From positions 2,418,001-2,482,000 of the forward strand of contig OZ218963.1 of the NCBI GenBank assembly GCA_965112735.1: a DNA stretch of 64,000 bases, in the 5' to 3' direction. Below are positions 53,771-64,000 of this stretch, piece by piece (position 1 is the first letter of the stretch; every line of letters begins with the position of its first letter). The position numbers and the translations under genes were made by a program. The stretch is from Phaeosaccion multiseriatum (lineage: Eukaryota > Protista > Ochrophyta, other classes). Below the pieces are notes generated by a model. That model had not been told where the DNA came from, ran no database searches, and worked only from the letters and a program-made list of their open reading frames with translations.

Positions 53771-54018
53771 TCGCTCGACCCCGCCCCTGACACACTATCC
53801 GCTATCCGCTATCGCCGGCGCCAGCCGGCGCGCTATCCGCTATCGGCAGCGTCAGCCGGCTTTGGGGGGGGGGGGGGGGGGGGGGGTTGTTGGGGCGTGC
53901 TATCCGCCAGCCGGCGCGCTATCCGCTATCGGCCGGCGCCAGCCGGCACGCTATCCGCTATCGGCCGCGGCCGATAGCGCGCTATCGAGAATGTGGGCGA
54001 TAGTGTGTCAGGGGTCGA
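53771..54018. mobile_element. MITE family A, copy 2
   Basis: Same sequence as 39056-39358 with two fewer internal repeats. TGGTGT at 53765-53770 and 54019-54024. The left end is stuttered (TCGCTCGACCCCGCCCCTGA). Confidence 0.88.
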
Positions 54019-54041
54019 TGGTGTGTGTGTGTGATGAGAGT

Positions 54042-54572
54042 CAGCCCCGTGCACGCCTAGCTAGCGGCCTAGGCCTATTTTGGAAAATTGCCCGGCCTAG
54101 CGAGGGCCGTAGGCCCTCGGCCTATTTATAGGCCGCCTAGGCGGCGGCCTAGGCGGTGGCCGGGTAGGCGGTGGCCGGAGGCCCGCGGCCTAGGGCAGAC
54201 GCCAACTAGGCGCAGGTCCAGGGCGGGAATATGCTCATATGCCCCTGGGCTGGCCCGGAACCCGCCCAAGTGTCGTCAGTTTTAAGCAAATGTATTGCAT
54301 GGGATAAGTGAGGAGTAGTTGTCTCTTTCCGCCTCGCTGGCCCTACGAGGAGTGCAGGCCTACAGGTGTGCTGCTACCCACTGGCTGGGCGGCACCACGC
54401 ACGCGCCCACGGTCACTGGGAGGCTGCCTAGAGGCGGGCTATACGCCGCCTAGCTAGGGCTGAAAAGTGAGCGGCCTATTTCGGCCGGAGGCCGCCGGCC
54501 TAGGCCTATTTCGGCCGAAGGCCGAGCGGCCTAGCGGCCTAGAGCCTAGGCCGCTAGGCGTGCACGGGGCCG
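54042..54572. mobile_element. hAT-like MITE rich in GGCCTAG subterminal repeats
   Basis: TIR CAGCCCCGTGCACGCCTAG / CTAGGCGTGCACGGGGCCG (18/19 match); 8-bp flanks ATGAGAGT and ATGAGAGA. Confidence 0.75.
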
Positions 54573-54736
54573 ATGAGAGAGTGTCATGGTCGGCTCCAGA
54601 CTGGCCTAGAAGCCTAGGCCTAGAGACGAAATTCGGCCGGCCTAGGGGGGCCGCAGGCCCCCGGCCTAGGCCTAGAGGGGGCCGCAGGTCCCCGGCCTAG
54701 GCCTATTTTTGGCGCAGCCCCCCCGGCCTAGGCCTA

Positions 54737-55207
54737 TCGACCCTGGACAAGATTACGGTGTGCCGGCCGTAATCAGAATCAGATGATCTTGTGTCCAGGG
54801 TCGGCTCCCTCCCTCCCCCCCTCCCTCCCTCCCTCCCTCCCTCCCTCCCTCCCTCCCTCCCTCCCTCCCTCCCTCGCTCCCTCCCTCCCTCCCTCCCTCC
54901 CTCCCTCGCTCCCTCCCTCCCTCCCTCCCTCGCTCCCTCCCTCCCTCCCTCCCTCCCTCCCTCCCTCCCTCCCTCCCTCCCTCCCTCCGTCCCTCCCTCT
55001 CTCCCTCCCTCCTTCCCTCCCTCCCTCCCTCCCTCCCTCCCTCCCTCCCTCCCTCCCTCGACCCTGGACAAGATTACGGTGTGCGCCGGCCGTAATCAGT
55101 AATCAGCCCCCGGCTGGCGCATAATCAGTACTCAGGCCGGCTGGCGCCGGTCATAATCAGTAATCAGGCCGGGTGCGCCGGCCGTAATTACTAATCAGAT
55201 AGGTCGA
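54737..55207. mobile_element. MITE family B composite: two TCGACCCTGGACA units around a (CCCT)n tract
   Basis: Units start at 54737 and 55058; inner right TIR at 54787-54804; outer end AGGTCGA; GGCCTA on both flanks. Embedded in another GGCCTAG-rich repeat (~54585-55305). Confidence 0.65.
54805..55057. repeat. (CCCT)n microsatellite, ~250 bp
   Basis: Read directly from the sequence. Confidence 0.97.
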
Positions 55208-55479
55208 GGCCTAGGCCTAGAACCGCCGGACTAGGGAGAAAAAATGGCCGGCCTAGAGCGGCCAACGGCCGCCGGCCTAGGCCTACTCGCGCCAGGACCG
55301 ACCTGCACCTCCACGCAAAGGGCGTTAGGAACCCCCCCCCCCCCCCCCCCCCCCGTGGGCTGCCACTGGGGAGTTCTACTAGAGTGTGTGCACAACTCCC
55401 CCCCCCTCCCTGCCATGAATGCCTGAGACCCAATTGAAAAGTTATATTCTCAACCGCGACTTCGCAGCACATTTTAAAA

Positions 55480-58400
55480 TTAAGGAGCGCAGCGCTTGGG
55501 GTCACGTGGGAACATGCTCGTCTTGCGGATGTTGTCCAGGCCCAAAAAGAGCTTCACCACGCGCTCCATCCCAATGCCGCCCCCGCCGTGCGGCTCCACC
55601 CCGTGCCGGAAGGCATCGAGGTACGAAGCAAGGTCGTCCAGAGGAATCTGCCACCACTTGGCCCTCTCCACCAGCAGATCCACGTCGTGGATACGCTGCG
55701 CGCCGGACACGATTTCCTCTCCGCGAATGAAGATGTCGAAGCTGTTGGACGCCGCTGGGTTGTCGGGGCAGGGCATGGTGTAGAAGGGCCGCACCGCAAG
55801 GGGGTACTTGTCCATCATGAAGAAGTCCGTGCCGAACTGCATGTGTATGAGCACGTATAAGTACGTGGTACGTGCGAGAAGAGGCAATGGGCACAATTTC
55901 CACCACAGTTTAAGTAGTCGCAGAGAGGTAAAGGTCAGACAAAAGCAAGCGGCGACAGACGAAAGCACGAAAGAAAGAGGTCTTCAGAGTGGAAAGATCA
56001 TCCAGTATGCCTGCTGGAGACTGCAGACAGAGATGCACCCCATTGCGCAATCGCTATTATTACCTCTTCCTTCCTTTCTCCCTCCCTCCCCACGTCCGTT
56101 GCTCCCTCCCTCCCTCCCTTCCACAACTCTTGTGCCCTCACCTTCTCGCGCACGATGGCTCCGAGGGCCTTCTCGTTCTCCGAGCTCAGATCCTCAAGCA
56201 CAGAGGCGTCGGAGTGCCCTGCATCCTGCAGCAGCTTGATGCCCTCCGGGTACGTAATTCGGAGTGAGGGGGTGATGTACTTGAGCGGTTCGAAGGGGAA
56301 CTGCTGATTCACGGCCTCGATCTCGTCTTTGAAGCGTTCGTTTAGGCCGTCAAAGATGTGGACGAAAAGCTTGCCGAACGTGTCGAGCACTTCAAAGTAG
56401 TGCTCCTGTGTGTATGTGGTGTTTAATTAGGCAGATAGGACGGACGAGAAGTGAGAAAAAGTGATTCCAGACAAGACAAAAGTGGGGAAGGTGGGGGCCG
56501 CTCCAGACAGCCTATACACAGTCAACGGACTGCAGGAAAAAACGAAAATCGTTCTTCCTCTCCCAAAGCCTGGCAGACTTTGTTCGCTCTCCTCACGGCC
56601 ACAGCCCCCCCCGTCCCCAGGGCGGGGACATGCACGCCGGCAGCACACGCCGCACGGGTTACGTACGTACTTACCTCGATGACCATCTCGAAATCGAGCC
56701 CCGTAAACTCGCACAGATGCCTGTTGGAGTTGGAGTTCTCTGCACGGAACACGGGGCCGATTTCGAAGACTTTACCAAACCCGCTGCAAGCTGATGAACA
56801 TGAGTAAGAGCAGGGGGGAGGGGAGGGGGAAGTAGATGGGCAAGCTAAACGAATATGAAGGGAGGTTGTTTCAGAGGCCACCAAGGACGCCACGCACGCA
56901 CGCACGCATGCACGCACGCACGCATGCACGCACGCACAAAGCATCTTCTTCACGAGAGAAGGGCAAACACGTATGTACCTGCGGTCATTTGCTTGTAGAG
57001 CTGAGGCGACTGAGCCAGACAGGCCGGGGAGCCAAAGTAGTCACACTTGAACACCTCAGCGCCGCCCTCCGAAGCTCCGGCAATGATCTTCGTGTCAAGG
57101 GAGGAACAACGGGCACAAGGCACGGGGGCGGAGTGCAAAGACCAGAGGGTCCGGATCAGGGTCAGGGTCATGAGCAAGAGCAGCAAGGTCAGAACCAGCT
57201 CCAACGACCAATAAGAGGGCATGCGGTACCGGTGCCCCCCTTTGCGGAGGCCAAGAGTGAGATAAGCTACTCCCAAACGGCCTTACTTTGGCGAGCGTTC
57301 GTGCCATGTTTGAGTCCATGACGGGCTTGCTCTTGCCCCTCTGTGAGACAAAGCGGTTCTCGCTGCCTCTCTCTCTCCTCACTCATTCCTTCTTTTCTTC
57401 TCACCTTGGGAGAGTGGATTTCCACAAAGTTCTTCTTTGAGAGGAACTCTCGGAACAGCTCGCAAACACCCGACTGGATGCGGAAAATGCCCTGTAACGC
57501 CACAGCCCACAACCCACAGCCCACAGACGGACAAAAGAGGGGGCGGTTGAGGTTTGACATGTGCGTTCCACGGACTCTACACGTTGCTTTGAGGAGGTGG
57601 ACGGCCTACTTACTCTTCTATCGACCAGAGGGACATGTGCGAAGAGTGCCTCGGCAAAGCGTGTAAAACGTAGTTGTTGGAACAGAGAAGGCAAGAAACG
57701 AGAAAACAACGCAGTCAGTCAGTCTCTGCTCTGCTGCCACTGACCTGATTGGCAGGGGTGCGCAAGTCGATCCAGCGGTAGTCGAGGCGCTGCTTCTGCG
57801 ACGTGCCTGTAAATCAATGCAATACACGATATTGGACACACTTCTGTTAACGTATCAATCAATGCACATCGTTTATGGATACACTTCTGTTAACGCTCCT
57901 GTCACCGATACGCATTGTGAAGTTGGGGGGGGGGAGGCCTTCCCACCTCGGGGAGAGAGAGTACTGAGCGCCCTCGGCGCGTGCGAGTAAAGACAGGGAA
58001 ACAAAAGAGGGGCAGCGAGCGTGACAACAGCAAAAGACACATACACGAGAGAGAAAGACTTGCCTGGCATCTCCTTCATTTCCTCCTCCGATCTGCTCGC
58101 GTCCTCTACACTGAGCGGCAGCGGCTGGGCGGAGCGACTAATGACGTGGATCTCCTCGATATGGACTTCAACTTCGCTCTGAGTGGCTGACAGTACCGGC
58201 TGAACAGCGCAAACATTGAAAGGGGGTAATGGCGCTGAGTCGGGCGTACGTAAGAAACAGTCACAAGAAGGGATGGCAAGCAGCGGAAGACGAGACCCCC
58301 ATCGAAAACGGGCTGAGCAAGTCACACAAAACCCCCCTAAGGCAGACAGACAAAGGCTTAATTAACAGGTAAGAGGCATGGTAGACTTGAGTGAGGAGAA

Positions 58401-58968
58401 GCACCTGTGTGTACACGTCACGCCCGCATCAGCGAAAAGCACTTGTAGGATATAATCGGCGTCTTGACCCTCAACCACACCTCACCTCAGGGGCCTTCAA
58501 GACCTTGCCTCTGATGTCCACAACACTCTCTCGGGAGACATCCGTGGCGTACTTAACCATTGACTTGGACTTTCCTCCCCCCTGGGGATTGGGGGAGAAG
58601 GGCGGATCACGAGGGCACATTTGGGTGAGGGTCAGGATACGGGGAAGGCTAGAACAGGAGAGGTGGAGGGGAACGAATTCGACGTTTACACATTGCTGTG
58701 TGAGTGTGAGGGAGGGAGGGAGGGAGGGAGGGAGGCAGAATCAATGCCATTTCGACGCCTCTACCGGGAGGAAGGATAAGGTGGGCCTTCGGTGATGGGA
58801 AGCGAAGCGGGCGGCCCGAGTGGACCTTCGATCAGGGGCGGCAGGGCACGCACACACACGCACTCACACACCTGGAAAACAACGCACTGCACTGTGTGCT
58901 GGGATTCGCGCATAAGAAGAAACGCGCCCTTACCCACGGCCCTGCAGAAGCCCCAACAACAAAAACAA

Positions 58969-59013
<45 letters not shown>

Positions 59014-61225
59014 CCAACAACAACGAAAAAGAATGACGTTAAAACGTTCACATCTCTCACCATTCCCTTGGAAAGGACAACGTTTCCCCATCCCATGCTC
59101 AACCTCCGGCCGTCTCTTCTCGGAACTTGACTCATCGCTAGACGCTACCTTCCCTCCCACAGTGTCACATACCGCACTCCCGGCCATCTCACTGCACCTC
59201 CACGTCGCTGCCATCCATCACTGGCCCATTCCTCCCCGAACTCTTCTCCCTTAGGTGCCTTCCACGCGCCCAGCACGCACCCACACCAATATGTCATGCC
59301 AATCCAAGTGCTGTATCCCAACCTCATCCGCCTCTGTCCACACCACGGACGACACATACACCCCCAAATACATAAGAGGACGACACGTACATCGCCAAAT
59401 GCCTCTCGCCACTCGCGGTACACACTCGCAGCCGCCCTCCACTCCACCCTCTCACCTGCTGACTTGCACCCTCGCCCTGATCCACACTTCTTTACCGTCC
59501 CACTGGCCGGTGACGTCACCCACAGACACGTAATGGCGGTCAGTGAGGGTTTGCGATTGGAGAAGAGGGTAGTCGCCAAACCTGTCCGAGGGTGGGTACG
59601 TGGGGAAGTACAAGAACGCGACCGTGTGACGCACAAGGGAGGGGAGGGCGTGAGGCTACATCTTCGATGAGAAGCGACAACTCGCAGACGTCTTTCGAAA
59701 TTTCTGTCTTTGCAACTAGGTTCGGTAGCTCAGCGGTCTAGACGGAATGTAGACGGGGCTCAATCGGGCTCGCTCAACATGAGCTGAGGCTGGCGCTGAG
59801 TGGTCTTTACGAGGAAATAGAAGAAGCATTGCCACAGCACTTCCGGAAGCATTGCCGCAGCACTTTCGGAAGCATTCACAGCACTTTCGGAAGCATTGCC
59901 ACAACACTATTGGAAGCATTACCACAGCACTTCACCTCACTCACCTTGTGCTATCCTCGGCATAAACGGCTTGGGCCTTGGCTGCGGCGGCGGCCTTTTG
60001 CTCTGCCTCCCTGGCCAGCCTCTTCTCCTCCTTCTCCTTGGCCTTCTTCTCCTGCACAGAGACGATGAGAAGAAGACGTCGCGTTTGGGTGTCGAGCAAT
60101 AATGGATGGGCCTCTGTCCAGCAACGTGGGCACCTCCCCCCCGCCTCACACTTCGAATTGGACTACAAGTACGTTTCCAAGACAATGAGAGGCGGGTGTA
60201 CTTTTGGCGTTGGAAGAGAAGAACACGGAAAGAAAAAATAGACCACCCATGACACCCTTTGAATGGCGAATGGCGAAGGAAAGTGATGGGGGCATATGGC
60301 AGGGCACCGCGAAGGGAGGCCAACGGAACGGTCTAGGGGAGGAGCTGAGAGGGGGAGACTGACTGAAACTGACCTTGGCTAATGCCTTCTTGGACTTCTC
60401 CGCAGGCTCCCCATTCGCTCCCTGCGTGGTGGGTGAGTGGGCCAGACCAGAGGGAGGTAAGGAAAGGGAAGGGAAGAAATGCATGCGGCATAAAAGGCTG
60501 GGTGGGTTAGCTACGTGGTTGGGGCTGCACCACCTCTCCGCATCTCGACACAGTAAGTGAGGCGCTTTGGTGCGAGCACCACCGCACACAACACACACAC
60601 ACACACCTGTGCGGGAGGAGTGGGTGGTGCCACCTTCTTCTTGTCCTTTCTGGACCCCTGTCGCACCAACGAGAGAAAGAGAGGGGAGGAGAGGGAAAAG
60701 GGGCACAACCAGACCAAAGACGTGAAGAGCGGGGCAATGAGCAATGAGAGTGGCGTTACGTATGATGCTTGGCGTCCCTTCGTCCCAGCCTTCACGAGCG
60801 GGACACACGGCCTGCGCACAAACACCTCCCTTAGAGAGGACGCATTGTGAGGAAAGGAAGTCCGTCCATACCTGGTGTCCCGGAGCGAGGTACTCCTCCC
60901 CGATCTCCTCCTTGTACTGTGCCTTGAGAGCCTTGAGAGCACCGAGCGCCTCGGTGATGTCCTCCTTGTCTGAGCAGGGAAGGTCGACCATTTTTTGTGC
61001 GTGGGCAGGGAATAAGCTGCAATAGTCATGCAAAATCTAGATGAAAAGCCTCAACCAGCGGCGTGTGATGTAGGGAGAATAGGCGAGCCACGAGAGAGTA
61101 AGACAGACGGATGGACGTGCCAGACGGATGGACGTGCCTGCCTTGAGTTTCTTTACCACATCTCCTTGCGCGGTGATGAGGGCAATGATCTCCTCCTTTC
61201 GGCTGTCATTCTCAGCGGTCGCCAT
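55480..61225 (-). CDS. DARS1: Cytosolic aspartyl-tRNA synthetase with N-terminal WHEP-like domain, multi-exon
   Basis: [49 protein letters not shown] and [38 protein letters not shown]-fold fragments such as [18 protein letters not shown]. Confidence 0.95.
58953..59023. repeat. (CAA)n microsatellite in an AspRS intron
   Basis: Read directly from the sequence. Confidence 0.9.
59823..59933. repeat. ~23-bp minisatellite, about 5 copies, just inside an AspRS intron donor
   Basis: GAAGCATTGCCACAGCACTT(T/C)CG repeated with variation. Confidence 0.85.
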
Positions 61226-61589
61226 GAGCCGAAGCCAAGCAAGCAAAGCCAAGCCAAAGAAGAAATGGTTGAGCGATCGGATGTCGGGATCGGTCGTGGG
61301 GGACTTTGGGAGAGGCGCACTTTTATAGTGTCGACCTGTCCGTGGATCGATTTTTTGGGTCCGTGGAGCGATTTTTTTTGGTCCGTGGAGCGACTTTTTT
61401 CCTATAATTTTCTGCTCACCCCCCCCCTTCCCCCTCCTCTAAGAAGGTCAACGCTGCTTAAATAACCACAACTGCTACATTCCAGCAGTAGTAATGGCTT
61501 AGTGAAGGATTTCTCATGGCAGGAACGTGGCAGGGCTGGTAGTAGCAGCAGCAGTCAAGCAAAGAGAGGAACAAATCAAACATTTCAAA

Positions 61590-63350
61590 CCATGACACCA
61601 CCAGCAGCAGCAGAGACAAATGGAGGAGAATGAAGAAGCCTTAGTGGGGCAGCACAAAAGGATGGAACAGCACCACCTGTGTGACAGTCCTGAAGAGATT
61701 TCTGGCGCACAGGGCTCTGAGAATACGAGTGGAAAGGCCGCAGGAGCGCACGACGACGATGACAGTGATTGGGACGACGAGACTTGGACGCAAGCCGTTG
61801 CTCTGGCAGATGAAGCCGCTGCGGCGGTACAACCAGCGACCGCTTCGAAACCGGGCACTCAAGCGGCAGTGGAGACTGAGCTTGCGACAATTGCCGCAGC
61901 ACAGGAGGAGACGCGGTGAAACAATTGCAGACAGCTATGCAGAGATTGAATATCGAGAAGGCGGCTGTAGAAGATGCTTACGAAGTTCGAGGAGGACGAG
62001 GCCGGCCCCTGAAGGGAATAAGCGAGAAGCTGCGGTTGAATGGTGCAGCTATGAAAGGGATTGATGAGAATTTGCTTCTCCCAGCGGAGAAGGAAGAGAA
62101 GCGAGAAAGAGGGCTGTGACTTGTCTTCGAGCGCAGACAGGGTAGATGGTGCAAGTGGTGACCACTTCGTAGGGTTTTCTTCGCCGCCCCTTGGTCGCAC
62201 GTCTAAGCGGTACGTTCTCAATGATCTCCTCTTCCTTCTTGATGCCTGGCTGCTCTTGTCCACGCCCCCCGCCCACTCTGGGCCGCCCTTTCTGAACATA
62301 CCTTAACACACTTATTACCCCTGTTGTTCTCGCCCCCTTTTTACATCTTTTTTTGTGCTAGCAGGGGTGAGAAAGACGAGGATGAGGACGAGGAGGATGG
62401 AAATACGGGCGACAAGGGGGGGCGGTGGTGGTGGGGGAGGGTTTGGGAAGAATAGACCACCAGCGCAGACTGAGTTCACTCGAGGCGGCAAGGGATCCAA
62501 AGGAAGGGTTGCCTACCTGGCAAACTCCCTACTACAGGGCCTCGACGCCAAGCCGCCAGTCTGAAGTGGGAGGGCATGCCCAACGTGACGTGTTTGTCTG
62601 GCCCCCCCACCTCTTCCACAACCTTGGAGAGGACCACCAGCAGCCTCTTTGCGCATGGGATGTATCGTCAGAGTGTGTACAAGCTTATGGGTGGACGTCG
62701 CCGCAGCGGGCTGTGTCTGTCACCAGCCTCGAGCAGGAGGAGGAGGAGGAGGAGGAGGAGGGGAGGGAGGGAAGAGGGGGAGGAGGAGGAGGAGGAGGAC
62801 CATCATCATCAGCAGCAAGAGAATCACAAGGGGGAGGAGGGGGGGGGGGGGGAAGGAGGAGGAGAATCAGCTGTGGGAGGAGGAGGAGGAGGAGGAGGAG
62901 GAGGAGGAGGAGGAGTAGGAGTAGGAGTAGCAGGTGGTGCTGGTGCTGGAGGAGACGGGGGGGGGGGGCGGGGGAGGAGGAGGAAGAGTTGCAGGTGCTG
63001 CTGAGGCTGGAGAAGGAGGGGGGGGAAGGAGGAGGACGAGGAGGGGGAGGAGCAGCAGCAGCAGCAGCCGCCACAGCACTGTGGCCGGCACGGAGGATCA
63101 GGGGCAGGAGCATCTGTAGCGCCTGCAGAGGCTGCTGCTGCAGAGGGTGGTGTCGCTTTCGGGGGAGGTGAGAGTACCCACGAGAGGCAGCTATGGAAGA
63201 GGAGGGAGGCCGCGAAAAGGAGAAGAAGAGAGGCAGGCGAGGAGGGAAAGGAGAAGGCGAGGCTCCAGAAAAAGGCAGCGCGGGAAAGGGAAAGATTACA
63301 GCAGGATAAGGACCGGCCAGAGGGTGATTTACCCGTTTCCGTGTGCATAG
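61590..63350 (+). pseudogene. Broken, low-complexity coding-like region, possibly a transposon-gene relic
   Basis: Consecutive plus-strand ORF pieces separated by stops or frameshifts. One piece reads RDVFVWPPHLF...PLC...C...GWTSPQRAV. Long GAG/GGA runs. Confidence 0.25.
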
Positions 63351-64000
63351 TATTGTATATACAACACTTAGGTCTTCTACAGTTGCCTCTACTCTGGGGA
63401 GGAGAAGGAGAGAGAGGGGTGTCGCCGCAGGCGGGGAAAATTTCTAATTTCTTTTTTTTCTCCTTTTTTGGGCCGGCGGTCGACGGTATAAAAGTGCGCC
63501 ACTTTACGGTCGTGGGGAGGAAAAGCCATCTGGTGCCATTCTCCATTTTCTCTTCCCTCCCCCAAGTGCGGATTTTCGTGGTTCGCGGTGGCACGAGCAT
63601 GTCCTAAGCACTTGATTAAAGTATACTTTTTTAAAACGTGAGTTAAAGGTCGATGTCCCAAAAAAGTGTAAGCGTTCGTATTAGTTCTATACTTTAATCA
63701 AGTCAAACCGTCATCGTTCGTCAAAATTCGGTCTGAGACCCAAAGATGGCACCTCACAACCAAAGGGCCCCATCTGGTGTGAGAGAATAACACCCCTAAG
63801 TTTCCATCCCTACATAAGGGGTATTTTCAAGATGAGACTTTGACCCACGATAGACTCATTTCGTTACGTATTGGGCCACGTAACCATTACGTAAGGATGT
63901 TACGGTTACACTCTCTCATTTCTCTCTTGGTATATCCCCCTGCCTCTCACCCTTCTTACTTCTCACTTCCTTCTTGGCGAAGAGTGTAAGGTGCAGTTTC

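Noticed and set aside
54703-55124. GREG/PPSL repeat proteins
   Set aside because: These are translations of the (CCCT)n microsatellite.
61331-63653. Closed TIR element TCGACCT...AGGTCGA
   Set aside because: Only 7 bp are inverted and the flanks (ATAGTG versus TGTCCC) do not form a TSD.

Overview
Eukaryotic nuclear DNA: GC-rich, GT-AG introns, many microsatellites. A stramenopile alga is a guess from gene style only. The left third (1-22.2 kb) is a transposon nest. It holds two young copies of one chromodomain Ty3/Gypsy LTR retrotransposon (248-bp LTRs, 4-bp TSDs, YIDN instead of YxDD in RT, no tRNA-type PBS), the second nested in a TTAA-flanked foldback MITE. It also holds a rearranged three-LTR Copia remnant with a 113-bp tandem array, other LTR-element fragments, a fucosyltransferase-like gene with an intronic hairpin and a small orphan gene. 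The rest holds intron-containing host genes: MCM5 (+), an RME-8/DNAJC13-like gene apparently lacking the J domain (-), a GBF1/GNOM-type Sec7 ARF-GEF (-), a PPR gene (-) and a cytosolic aspartyl-tRNA synthetase with an N-terminal WHEP-like domain (-). Intergenic gaps contain a truncated CRE-like non-LTR element, a hAT-like MITE and several MITEs with 5'-TCGACC termini and 6-bp TSDs that I cannot assign to a known superfamily. Coordinates were counted by hand; gene spans include introns and some ends are approximate.
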